A DNA stretch of 64,000 nt, taken from the IMG/VR virus record IMGVR_UViG_3300000304_000066, one strand, 5' to 3'. This stretch comes from an uncultured virus (IMG/VR IMGVR_UViG_3300000304_000066). Taxonomy: Duplodnaviria > Heunggongvirae > Uroviricota > Caudoviricetes. Below, one piece after another: positions 30,386 to 40,019 of the stretch. The notes beneath the pieces are model-generated. The model was not told where the DNA came from and did no database searches. It saw nothing but the letters and a program-made list of their open reading frames with translations. The translations under genes and the position numbers were made by a program. The stretch's first letter is position 1. Each line of letters starts with the position of its first letter.

Positions 30386-30584
30386 ATTGATTATGATTTA
30401 ATTGTTTCTATTAAAATGCCTGTCTATTCCAGGCTGTCAAATACTTTTCTTTTTTCGTATTAAAGCCCAACACTGTCTGTTTCGTCGTAGCATACGTATT
30501 CACTATGGGTTGGATATTATTGGGTTTCTCCGATCCGATAGTATTGAATAATATATAAACGTGATGCATATTATAACGCACCCG

Positions 30585-30758
30585 TTATTTTATTTGCATC
30601 CAACAATTTGCTTTCCATACGAATTCTGCATCTGCATATGTCATATGCCACTCGTTACCATCGTCTGTATAGACTTCTTTACTTCTTAAGAAAGCTTCTT
30701 CTGATGCCATAGTACTGGTATGTCCATCTAACCAAATGATTCTGTCTACTTTGTTCAT
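30585..30758 (-). CDS. small hypothetical protein (57 aa), not in ORF track
   Basis: MNKVDRIIWLDGHTS...CWMQIK*. Confidence 0.55.
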   Translation of the reverse strand: MNKVDRIIWLDGHTSTMASEEAFLRSKEVYTDDGNEWHMTYADAEFVWKANCWMQIK

Positions 30759-30905
30759 GATTGTATTTATTTATTGATATTGTCAAAGAACTTTAAGTAT
30801 GCTAATATCCATATTAGAAGGTAAACAATTGCATATTCCATAAGCGCTATATATTAAGTATGGTATATGTTTATTGTCGATGCCGAAAAGGAAAAAAGGA
30901 GAGGG

Positions 30906-31352
30906 TTAACTCTCCTTATCTTTCTCCTCTTCCTCAACCCAACAATCATCAGGAACATTGGACAGATATCTGTCCATTTGTTCCTGAAATGTTTGTCCTC
31001 CTTGAATTTCAACCATCTTGGCATATTTTACCACACGCTCAGGTGTGGCTTTAACATACTGTCCCTTCTTATTTCTTTCAAAACGGTAAAAAGGTCTAGG
31101 AACCGCTATACGTTTAGCTTCACCACTGACTATAATACAGTCAGTGAAATTATCGTTAGCCTCCCATTCATCATTATCTTTTAGTTTACGCTCTAATCGA
31201 GCGTAAAGCAAAGCTAATGAGTTTTTAAACACCACGGTTTGGTACGCAACAGTAGCATCTTCAGGATCTTCACCCTGAAATAGCTCAACACGAAGAGCAT
31301 CGGTATTATCAATACCAGCATCTTCAATTTTGAAGATTGATAACTTTGACAT
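30906..31352 (-). CDS. hypothetical protein
   Basis: Likely start MSKLSIFK; acidic tail. Confidence 0.65.
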   Translation of the reverse strand: MSKLSIFKIEDAGIDNTDALRVELFQGEDPEDATVAYQTVVFKNSLALLYARLERKLKDNDEWEANDNFTDCIIVSGEAKRIAVPRPFYRFERNKKGQYVKATPERVVKYAKMVEIQGGQTFQEQMDRYLSNVPDDCWVEEEEKDKES

Positions 31353-31475
31353 AAAACTGAAATTTAAAAATAAAACAACAACTGGGAAGAGAGACACCGG
31401 GGCCTCTCCCCCGAAGGGGTATGAGGGGGGCTTGGAGTGTGGTAGTCAACGCATTCAATACTATACATAAAATTT

Positions 31476-31820
31476 TTATTTCAAAATTTTTTTTTCAGAA
31501 TTTTCTAAACACTCTACTAGCTTTTCATTATTTAGAATAAATGATGTTTCTTCCCTAATAGGATAATTCATTAATCTAAGTAAGTCATAAAAATCTTTTA
31601 TTTTTCTATAGTAGAGAGAATACGCGAATAACACATGACACGTGCCTTCTTCCATAGGATTAGCTATACGTAAATTAGATATTTTTAATGCTTTGGTACC
31701 ATCTGCACAATCATGTTCATACACATCAGCACGTAATTCTTCAAAATCACTATAGTCATAATACAGTTTATTACCACTCAAAGTAAAGCCTGTAGATCTT
31801 AATTCATCTTCGTATATCAT
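31476..31820 (-). CDS. hypothetical protein
   Basis: 114-aa ORF. Confidence 0.6.
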   Translation of the reverse strand: MIYEDELRSTGFTLSGNKLYYDYSDFEELRADVYEHDCADGTKALKISNLRIANPMEEGTCHVLFAYSLYYRKIKDFYDLLRLMNYPIREETSFILNNEKLVECLENSEKKILK

Positions 31821-31845
31821 AATATTGGGGTTTAATTACCGCTAT

Positions 31846-31870
31846 TAACGCATATTAGTTTATTTAGTTG
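31846..31870 (-). promoter_or_regulatory. ECF-type promoter
   Basis: CAAC-N16-CGTTA upstream of the ATG at 31820. Confidence 0.55.
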
Positions 31871-31919
31871 TATTTATTTAGTTAAATTATGTTAATAATA
31901 TTTTTATTTACACAAAAAT

Positions 31920-31946
31920 GGAACAAAATTAAGTATTATTACGTTA
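31920..31946 (+). promoter_or_regulatory. ECF-type promoter
   Basis: GGAAC-N17-CGTTA at the start of the plus-strand arm. Confidence 0.55.
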
Positions 31947-32320
31947 CTACTACATCCAAAGTAGGTAGTAATAGTTATAAATGCAGTTAAATAGTAATAT
32001 AAACCACTACTCCTACTCTAGAATAATAGTATATATAAATATATGGGGTTATATAATATTAAAGATAAAGACTATTTTACAGTTATATTACCATTTTATG
32101 GGGTATTTGATCATTCACAATTAGAAGCTTTAGATAGACCAAAGATATACTCTACTACTGATGGTATTAAATACGTTTACAAAGTTAGGATTAAAAAGCC
32201 ATAGTGTATTACTCTAGAAAATTAACTATTATGGATGATGATTTTTTCTTCTATAATGAATTAGAAGACGATATTCCAGAAGAATATGAGAGCGAGGAAT
32301 TCAATTTGTGATTAATTTTT

Positions 32321-32515
32321 ATGGGTGAACCAGAAGCAATACAAGCAATTAATAAAGGATACGTTGAAATAGAAAATAAAATATACAACATTATAAAACA
32401 TCCTAAAGGTTGGTGTGACGGGTGTTGTTTTTATGCAGGGAGTGGATGTTGCCCTGCTTTAGCACGTAAAATATGCTGTACAGGTGGGGTTATATTTAGT
32501 CCTGCGGAAAAGTAA
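32321..32515 (+). CDS. small Cys-rich protein
   Basis: WCDGCCF...CC...CC. Confidence 0.6.
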   Translation: MGEPEAIQAINKGYVEIENKIYNIIKHPKGWCDGCCFYAGSGCCPALARKICCTGGVIFSPAEK

Positions 32516-32538
32516 CATTTTAAATTATATTCGTTAAT

Positions 32539-32931
32539 ATGGATAATTACACAAAATTATTAAATTCAGTTATTGAAGGGTTAGATTTCCTCCCCACGAA
32601 GGAGATGATAGTTAAACCTTTAGAGGATGAATATGTAGAAAAAGAAATTATTAAACCAGTTACTACTGGGGAAAAAGATGAGAATGGTTACGAAATAAAT
32701 GATTCAGAAACAATTACTGAGAAGGTATTAACTACCTTTAGGAAAGGTATTGTATTACGCTTGCCAAATGGGTATCAATGGCCTGATAATGACAATCATC
32801 CTGAAGTAGGTGATGTTGTAGCTTACTCTAGGAAACACGCTATAGATTTTGATTTGTTTAAAGATAGTCAATTAATAAATCCTTACAATGTAGTAGCTTA
32901 TATTAAAGGAAATGTGTATTTTAAAGACTAG
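32539..32931 (+). CDS. GroES-like beta-barrel protein
   Basis: MIVKP...KGIVL...VGDVVAY pattern. Confidence 0.5.
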   Translation: MDNYTKLLNSVIEGLDFLPTKEMIVKPLEDEYVEKEIIKPVTTGEKDENGYEINDSETITEKVLTTFRKGIVLRLPNGYQWPDNDNHPEVGDVVAYSRKHAIDFDLFKDSQLINPYNVVAYIKGNVYFKD

Positions 32932-32969
32932 GCGTAGTCTTAATTAATCGTGGTTGTAGTTGAATGTAC

Positions 32970-33000
32970 TAGGGGTTAACTAATGTTAACCCCTTTTTAT
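32970..33000 (+). terminator. rho-independent terminator
   Basis: AGGGGTTAAC-taat-GTTAACCCCTTTTT. Confidence 0.85.
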
Positions 33001-33023
33001 TTAAAATAAATTGTATAAAATAT

Positions 33024-33049
33024 GCAACCTTTTTCAGATATATCCGTTA
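33024..33049 (+). promoter_or_regulatory. ECF-type promoter
   Basis: GCAAC-N16-CGTTA just after the terminator. Confidence 0.6.
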
Positions 33050-33071
33050 TATAGGCATAAATGAAATTTAT

Positions 33072-33266
33072 ATGTTAGATTACAAAGTAACAATTACCCA
33101 TGTTAGGGATGCATGCCCATTCGATCGTAAACGAAAAAGTGCAAGCTATTGCAAAGTATGCAAAGCTCATAATGATCCGTGTACAGGAATCGGTGTTGAA
33201 ACTGTTATTTCAACCAAAAAGATTGGGCAAGATAAAATGAAACAAATTTTAAATGTTATTAAATAA
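33072..33266 (+). CDS. small Cys-containing protein
   Basis: CPF...CKVC...C. Confidence 0.6.
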   Translation: MLDYKVTITHVRDACPFDRKRKSASYCKVCKAHNDPCTGIGVETVISTKKIGQDKMKQILNVIK

Positions 33267-33663
33267 TATGGTTACAGAATACGAAGTAATTAAACCGTTT
33301 GACTCTTTAAAGAAAGGTGATAAATTGGTATACAATAATGGTGTTTATGAATTTGAATCTCATCGTTCTGGTGATAATTTTAGCTCTTATACTAGAGTTG
33401 CTATGAACAAGAACGTTGTAGATGAGTATGCTAAAGCTGGTTTGTTACAGTCAACTGATCATTCTTCTAATAAAGAAGACAAACTGAATAAAATATCTAC
33501 TTTAATTACACAATTAAAAAATACTTATAATCAACGCAAAAACAGCATTGAGAAAAAGTATAATGATGGTAAGATTCAAACGTGTGTTAAAGTAGAGCAT
33601 GATACAGTATACTTCAATTTAATGAAATTATTAAATAAAATCGAAGATATTATAAATGAATAA
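33253..33663 (+). CDS. hypothetical protein
   Basis: 136-aa ORF. Confidence 0.7.
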   Translation: MLLNNMVTEYEVIKPFDSLKKGDKLVYNNGVYEFESHRSGDNFSSYTRVAMNKNVVDEYAKAGLLQSTDHSSNKEDKLNKISTLITQLKNTYNQRKNSIEKKYNDGKIQTCVKVEHDTVYFNLMKLLNKIEDIINE

Positions 33664-34021
33664 ACTCGTAAAACAAGTATCTAGTGATGAGTTGATACCA
33701 GAGTTTTTACGAGCACTTAATGGAATACTTAGGTTAACCGATAGAGAACTTGAATTAATGACTACACTTGTTAAATTAGATATGAATTATGTTAAAGAAC
33801 CTAATACTAACAAGAATGTAGCTAATAAAACTAATAGAAAGTACATTATTGATAATTTGGGTATTACTAAGGATAACCTAAGTAGGTACATTAAGTCCTT
33901 TAAAGAAAAAGGTATTTTAATATCTGGACCTGCAGAAGATGAGTTAAGTGTAAATAAAGCTCTGATACCAGTAGTCATTGGTGATAGACTTCAATTGACA
34001 ATTATATTGAAAATAAAATAA
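33656..34021 (+). CDS. winged-helix DNA-binding protein
   Basis: LTDRELEL...LGITKDNLSRYIKSFKEKGIL HTH pattern. Confidence 0.7.
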   Translation: MNKLVKQVSSDELIPEFLRALNGILRLTDRELELMTTLVKLDMNYVKEPNTNKNVANKTNRKYIIDNLGITKDNLSRYIKSFKEKGILISGPAEDELSVNKALIPVVIGDRLQLTIILKIK

Positions 34022-34022
34022 A

Positions 34023-34433
34023 ATGAAATGTTTAGATATTAAAGCAGGTTCTATTTGTATCTTTAAAAACCATAGTAAGTTACAAAGATTTTGGCATTGG
34101 TTCCTTAGAAAGGAAACACCATATAACAATTATATAATTTACTTTGGTGATAGTACAATGTTTGTAGAAACACCTAATGTAGAAGTACCATCTAAAGATA
34201 GATACATAATACTAGAACCTATAAAACCCTATAGTAAGAAAGAAAAGAAAGTATTAAAAGAACAAGTAGAAAATGTAATATCTACTAATTTGGTTTTAAA
34301 CAATGAAAAGATAGCGTTATCTACTATTAATACAGTAAGGCCAAATACAATTGATATGAATGATTCTATTTCTGACTTACTCAAGAACAAATACTATAGA
34401 GTATTGTATGATTCAAAGAAAGAAAACTTCTAG
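34023..34433 (+). CDS. hypothetical protein
   Basis: 136-aa ORF. Confidence 0.65.
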   Translation: MKCLDIKAGSICIFKNHSKLQRFWHWFLRKETPYNNYIIYFGDSTMFVETPNVEVPSKDRYIILEPIKPYSKKEKKVLKEQVENVISTNLVLNNEKIALSTINTVRPNTIDMNDSISDLLKNKYYRVLYDSKKENF

Positions 34434-34644
34434 TATTTATATACAATTAGCTAATAAATACAATCTGCCTTATCAAGTAATAGAAGTTATATGTAATCAT
34501 CCTTTCAAGTTCGCAAATAGGGTTATCTCTGACGATAATGATCTTAGATCTATAATGTTTGGTTATCTGTTTAAAATTAAACCTAAACGCAAAGTAATAG
34601 AAGAATATGAAGCTAATAAAACCCAAAGTAGAGATTCTCGATAA
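34408..34644 (+). CDS. IHF/HU-like DNA-binding protein
   Basis: IYIQLANKYNLPYQVIEVIC...IMFGYLFKIKPK. Confidence 0.55.
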   Translation: MIQRKKTSSIYIQLANKYNLPYQVIEVICNHPFKFANRVISDDNDLRSIMFGYLFKIKPKRKVIEEYEANKTQSRDSR

Positions 34645-35263
34645 TATCAATGGTGAAGAAGTAATAAACAAGATTGCTAAAGTAGCCAGAACTTGTTACA
34701 AATCAGAAAATGCTTCTACTCCGGAAAAAGATAAAAAATTAGTAGAGAATCTAGTTAAATCTGGTCATGAAGCAATGATTGAGTTCTTTGACATTACTGT
34801 TAAGTTTACTTGTGATAGAGCAATAGCTAATGAGATTGTAAGACACAGAATAGCTTCATATGCTCAAGAGTCGACAAGATACTGCAACTACTCTAAAGAT
34901 AAGTTCAACAACGAGCTTACTTTTATAAAGCCAATTTGGTACGATAGTCTAGGTATTACTCACAAGCAAGATTTTGAAATAGCGTTAGAACGATGTGAAG
35001 ATGATTATTTAGAATTTATAAAACAAGGCTGGACACCACAACAAGCTCGTGCAGTACTTCCACTAGCGTTAAAGACTGAGCTTAATATGAAAACTAATTT
35101 ACGTGAATGGAGGCACTTCTTTAAACTTAGATGCTCTACTGCAGCTCATCCTGATATAAGAGCATTAGCATTAGATTTACTTGAACAGATGCATAATCAG
35201 ATACCAATTATATTTGATGATATTTATGAAAAGTACGGAAAGGGTGGTAAGAGTGAAGAATAA
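34607..35263 (+). CDS. thyX: flavin-dependent thymidylate synthase
   Basis: RHRIASYAQESTRY signature. Confidence 0.95.
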   Translation: MKLIKPKVEILDNINGEEVINKIAKVARTCYKSENASTPEKDKKLVENLVKSGHEAMIEFFDITVKFTCDRAIANEIVRHRIASYAQESTRYCNYSKDKFNNELTFIKPIWYDSLGITHKQDFEIALERCEDDYLEFIKQGWTPQQARAVLPLALKTELNMKTNLREWRHFFKLRCSTAAHPDIRALALDLLEQMHNQIPIIFDDIYEKYGKGGKSEE

Positions 35264-35702
35264 ATCAACTAAAGCATTTCTATATAAGAATTTATATCCA
35301 ATAAACTTATACGTATCTACTATGAATAATTGGGAGGATATTACAGATTTCTTTGACTTCTTTGCAAATATAAAAGACTTAAGAAATGATGATCCAGGTA
35401 ATCCTACGAAAGCTAATCAAATATCTGCTGCTACTTACTTGGTAAGGGAAAAGAATACTAGAACTGTAGGAATATTAATTCTACTAGAAGATTTTAGTTG
35501 TTCTACTTTAGCTCACGAATCAGTACATTACGCAGATGCAGTATATGATTACTTAAATATGTATTCAGTAGGATACGATGAAGGAAATGAACAATATGCT
35601 TATTTAATTACTTGGTGTGTAGATTGTCTTGTAGATTTCATAGAATGTATAAAGAAGGAAAGAAAAACGACAGGAAAGACGACAAAACGAGGTGGGAATT
35701 AA
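35253..35702 (+). CDS. zincin-like metallopeptidase-domain protein
   Basis: AHESVH...NEQYAY; start uncertain. Confidence 0.65.
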   Translation: MKNKSTKAFLYKNLYPINLYVSTMNNWEDITDFFDFFANIKDLRNDDPGNPTKANQISAATYLVREKNTRTVGILILLEDFSCSTLAHESVHYADAVYDYLNMYSVGYDEGNEQYAYLITWCVDCLVDFIECIKKERKTTGKTTKRGGN

Positions 35703-36010
35703 TTCCACTAGATTGTCTTGAAGATGTAGCCAGAGTATATACAGAAGGTGCTAAGAAATACGGTGATAATAACTGGCAGAATCTTGAAAATGGTTATGAA
35801 CGTTATAAAGGGGCTTTACTTAGACATTTGTATGCTGCTGAAACAAATGAGTTTGATGAGGAAACAGGTTGTAGACATTTGGCACAAGTAGTCTGGAATT
35901 CATTATCACTTTTGTGGATAAGTAAACATGGAAGAGAAATTAGATTAAATTCTAAGAAATCAGGAAATAATTCTGCAATGTCTAGGACAGATATATCAGG
36001 AAGTAAGTAA
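35646..36010 (+). CDS. dATP/dGTP diphosphohydrolase-like (DUF5664-type) protein
   Basis: KTRWELIP...GAKKYGDNNW...LLRHL...DEETGCRHLA. Confidence 0.8.
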
Positions 36011-36095
36011 AGATCATTTCTTAGAAGACTACACAGCAAATTTAGCTGCACAATTAACAGAAATAATGTTAGGACACAATATAGTAAGACAATAA
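35928..36095 (+). pseudogene. small ORF with an in-frame TAA at codon 7
   Basis: MEEKLD*ILRNQEIILQCLGQIY...IVRQ*; ends 1 nt before the dUTPase ATG. Confidence 0.5.
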
Positions 36096-36096
36096 T

Positions 36097-36606
36097 ATGG
36101 AAGTAAAAATTAAGAAATTGAAAGAAGATGCTGTAGTACCTAGTTATGCACATGCTACAGATGCAGGATTAGATTTAACAGCCATATCCTTTACTCAGGA
36201 ATTTGATAAAAGCGGTAAGTTAGTAATTGTTTATCATACTGGTTTATCAATAGAAATTCCTGAAGGGTATGTAGGATTACTTTTCATGAGATTTTCTGTA
36301 TCTCAGAAATCAATATCATTAACAAATGCGGTAGGTGTTATAGGTTCTGATCATAGAGGAGAAATACTTTGTAAGTTTAAGATTACAACAGATGCGCTTC
36401 CTACAATTTATCAACCTGGTGAAAAGATTGCTCGATTAGTTATTTTACCTTGCCCCACTATTGAACCTGTAGTAGTTGAAGAATTAGAAAAGACAGAAAG
36501 AGGTGATAATGGATTTGGTTCAACAGACAATACTATGGAGAATGATACATCGGAATCAGGACGAAATAGCGGAGAGATTGAGGGAGATAATCAATCAGTA
36601 CAGTAA
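36097..36606 (+). CDS. dut: trimeric dUTPase with degenerate active-site motifs
   Basis: DAGLDL and ERGDNGFGST are intact; motifs II-IV are altered (RFS, GVIGSDHRG, IARL). Confidence 0.85.
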   Translation: MEVKIKKLKEDAVVPSYAHATDAGLDLTAISFTQEFDKSGKLVIVYHTGLSIEIPEGYVGLLFMRFSVSQKSISLTNAVGVIGSDHRGEILCKFKITTDALPTIYQPGEKIARLVILPCPTIEPVVVEELEKTERGDNGFGSTDNTMENDTSESGRNSGEIEGDNQSVQ

Positions 36607-36707
36607 AAATCCAGAGTATGTAAATAATGCATACACTAAGCAAGAAGCAATAGATGCTTTAAATAAGCATTACAAAGACACATACATTAAAATAAATTTA
36701 GACTAAT

Positions 36708-37055
36708 ATGAAGAAATATATTTATACAAAAGGCAGCAATTTGTTAGTAGTAAACAATGATAACTTTACTGATTTAGATACTATGGAGAATAGTTATCTG
36801 AATGTAGATTGGTGTTGGTTGATTCGTGAAGACGGTGTATTTATTTTCAAGGGGAAAGAGTACGAGGTTAAAAGAGGAGATATTGTATACATATTGTACA
36901 CTGTTGATAGAAAAGGCGATAGAGAAGTAGCAATTGTAAATTCTCCTGAAATTCTTAAGAATGCTGAGGAAAGAGAAGCATACATAGAAAAAGAAAGAGG
37001 TAAGGAGTGTGAATCTTGTCCTTGCTGCGATAATTGTAAAGTATGTGAAGGATAA
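36708..37055 (+). CDS. hypothetical protein with Cys-rich tail
   Basis: 115-aa ORF. Confidence 0.7.
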   Translation: MKKYIYTKGSNLLVVNNDNFTDLDTMENSYLNVDWCWLIREDGVFIFKGKEYEVKRGDIVYILYTVDRKGDREVAIVNSPEILKNAEEREAYIEKERGKECESCPCCDNCKVCEG

Positions 37056-37591
37056 TGAATTTAGCTGATATAGTTGCTGGGGAAGTGGTCATACATCCTG
37101 ATATGTTGACCATCCCAGCATTTAAAAAAGTATGGGATTCTTTCAAAGATAAGAATTTAGCAACTAAATATCTATGGTACATAGTTTTAAAGAACAAATA
37201 TGATTCCCCATATGTAGAGACTATGGAAAGAGATTTAATAGAACCTACATTAAAAAAGGAATTATTTAATGATGAAAATTATCAACTACCAGATATAGTA
37301 TTAGAAGCAGAGAAAGTATGGATAGCTAGATCTTACTCATTACTTGAGTATATGCTAGATGGATTACTTTTGAAACTTGAAGGAGCTGCTAAATACTACC
37401 ACTTATCCAAAGATGAGGAAATGGATCTAGATTCTATTAAAAAACTTACAGATGGTGCTAAGAATATGGCAGGGGTAATAGAATCAATAGTTAAACTTAA
37501 ATCTCAAGTAAGAGCAGAGGAGATTAAGAATAATAGAGTAAGAGGTGGTGGTGAAATGAATCCTTTTGAATTAGTTAACAAGAAGTTGTAA
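37055..37591 (+). CDS. conserved crAss-like protein upstream of TerL (possible small terminase)
   Basis: Position and helical C-terminus ending RVRGGGE. Confidence 0.5.
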   Translation: MNLADIVAGEVVIHPDMLTIPAFKKVWDSFKDKNLATKYLWYIVLKNKYDSPYVETMERDLIEPTLKKELFNDENYQLPDIVLEAEKVWIARSYSLLEYMLDGLLLKLEGAAKYYHLSKDEEMDLDSIKKLTDGAKNMAGVIESIVKLKSQVRAEEIKNNRVRGGGEMNPFELVNKKL

Positions 37592-37654
37592 ATAAAACAA
37601 CACAATAAAATACATTACAAAAACATACCCGTTGTGGGTTTAAAGATATTAATT

Positions 37655-37867
37655 ATGGCTAAGACTAGTAAGAAAAACGTAAAGAATACTGTTATTTTTG
37701 ATTTTACTGAGTATTATAATAATTTGAGAGACCAAGAGGAAAGAGATAGGGCTGAGGCTCTTGCTTATTTAACAAATACAGATGACTCAGAATCAAATGA
37801 GACCCCGTCGAATAATAAACTTACGTTTTGGCAGAAGGTCAAGAATCTGTTTAGACGAAAGAAGTAA
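37655..37867 (+). CDS. small hypothetical protein
   Basis: MAKTSKK...FWQKVKNLFRRKK. Confidence 0.6.
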   Translation: MAKTSKKNVKNTVIFDFTEYYNNLRDQEERDRAEALAYLTNTDDSESNETPSNNKLTFWQKVKNLFRRKK

Positions 37868-37869
37868 AT

Positions 37870-40018
37870 ATGATTGATTTTAATAAAAAGATCAAAAATT
37901 CAGACAAATTCAGGACTCCGTCGCTTACTTTTATAGCGTCGGGGTCTTATTGTACCTACCCAAAAGGAACTACAGAATATTACAATTTCTGGGAAACAGA
38001 AATGGATAGATGTATTAATGGTTATACTGCGGATGATGGTGACTTCATCACGGGGTATAACTATTTCTATTTAAATTATTGTCCTATTACTAGAATTGTA
38101 TACAAACAAAAGAAGAATAAACAAGGTGTAGAAGAATTAACCAAAGTAAGAGAACTAGCATTTCCTGATTTCTATGACTATGATTACTATTATTTTCAAG
38201 CTATAGAACAAGCACAAGAGGAAGGTAAACACTTATGTGTAGCAAAAGCTAGACGTAAAGGCTATTCATACAAAGGTGGTGCTATGTTATGTCGCAATTT
38301 CTTTTTAATACCTAATTCAAAGTCTTATGTATATGCATCTAATAAGCAATATCTAACTGATGATGGTATCCTTACTAAAGCGTGGGATTACATGGACTTT
38401 ATAGACGAAAATACAGCATGGGGCAAGAAAAGGCAAGTAGCTAATACCGCAATGCGTCGTAGAGCATCTATGCTTGTAACTGATAATTACGGTAATAAGA
38501 TAGAAGTAGGTTATAAATCAGAAATAATCGGTGTATCATTGAAAGATAATCCTGATGCGGTTCGTGGTAAAGCCGGTATGCTCATACTTTGGGAAGAGGC
38601 AGGNNNNNNNNNNNNNNNNNNNNNNNNNNNNNNNNNNNNNNNNNNNNNNNNNNNNNNNNNNNNNNNNNNNNNNNNNNNNNNNNNNNNNNNNNNNNNNNGA
38701 ACTAGAAGCAGCATGGCAAGTAGCAAGACCATCTGTAGAACAAGATGGTATAGCTTTTGGTACAATGGTTATGTTTGGTACTGGTGGAGATGAAGGACCA
38801 GCAGTGATGACTTTACGTAAAGCTTTCTATAATCCTGAATCTTTTAACTGTATAGAGTTTGAAAATATATGGGATGAAGGAGTCCAAAGTAAACCATGCG
38901 GATTCTTTGTACCTCAACATACTAATCTTGATATACGTGACAAAGATGGTAAGCGTCTTTATATGGATAAAGATGGTAATACTTTACATGAGAAAGCGAA
39001 GGAATTTATATTAGGTTTAAGGGAGAAAGAGTTAAAAGATGCTACTAGTTCTCAGCAAATAGATAGATATATAGCAGAGCATTCTGAATCACCAGCAGAA
39101 GCATTTACAGAATTATCTGGTAATATATTTCCTAAGAAAGAATTACAAAAGCAATTAGGTCTTATTAGAACAAATAAGAAGTTACAAAACCATAAGCAAG
39201 TAGGTACACTTACTTTGGCTAATGGTGAATTAATATGGAATATTAAAAAGAGTGGGGATATTACTGAGTTTCCTTTACCCAAGAATTCAGATCCTACAGG
39301 TTCCATAGTAATATGGGAGCATCCTGTAAAAGATGCTCCTTTTGGTTTATACATAGCAGGTTGTGACCCATACGATCATGATCAATCTGGTACTAACTCA
39401 CTCGGTTCTTGTTTTATATATAAACGATTTCAAGACTTTGAATCATACTCTGATATTATTGTAGCAGAATATACAGGTAGACCTAATACTGCAGAAGAAT
39501 TCTATGAGAATGTTCGTAAATTATTAATGTATTACAATGCTAGGTTAATGTGTGAGAACCAAAATACAGGTATTTTTACGTACTTTAACAATAAACATTG
39601 TAGTCATTTACTAGCAGATCAACCAGATATTATTAAAGATATTGTAAGTAATTCCACAGTAAATAGAAGAAAAGGATGTCATATGTCAAAAGAAATAAAA
39701 TTGTGGTGTGAAGGTAGATTAAAAGAATGGTTAGAAGAATTAAGAGGTGAAAAACAACTAGGTCTTAACACAATCTTATCTGAACCATTACTTGAGGAAT
39801 TAATACAATATAATGATAAGGGTAATTTTGACAGAGTCATGAGCATGTTTCAGCTAATGATCTATAGAGAACAATTATATAATACACAAGTAAAAAAGAA
39901 AGAAGAAATTGAAAAGAAAATGACATTATTTGATAGACCTTTATTTAAATCAAATAATGATTCATACATATTTATGCCTTTGAACAACAATACAACCACA
40001 TATATGTTTACAAATTAA
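37870..40018 (+). CDS. terL: terminase large subunit (frame broken by N-gap)
   Basis: KARRKGYS Walker A, WEEAG Walker B, FGTGG, AGCDPYD nuclease motif, NFDRV. Confidence 0.93.
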
Positions 40019-40019
40019 T

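Noticed and set aside
30460..30520. Hammerhead-like element (…CGAAAC… on the minus strand)
   Set aside because: It lacks the CUGANGA core; only a generic CCAAC/GUUGG stem is visible.
37870..40018. Split terminase, and likewise split MCP, tail fibre and first gene
   Set aside because: The frame changes coincide with N-gaps of arbitrary length. They are treated as assembly artefacts, though an intron hidden in a gap cannot be excluded.
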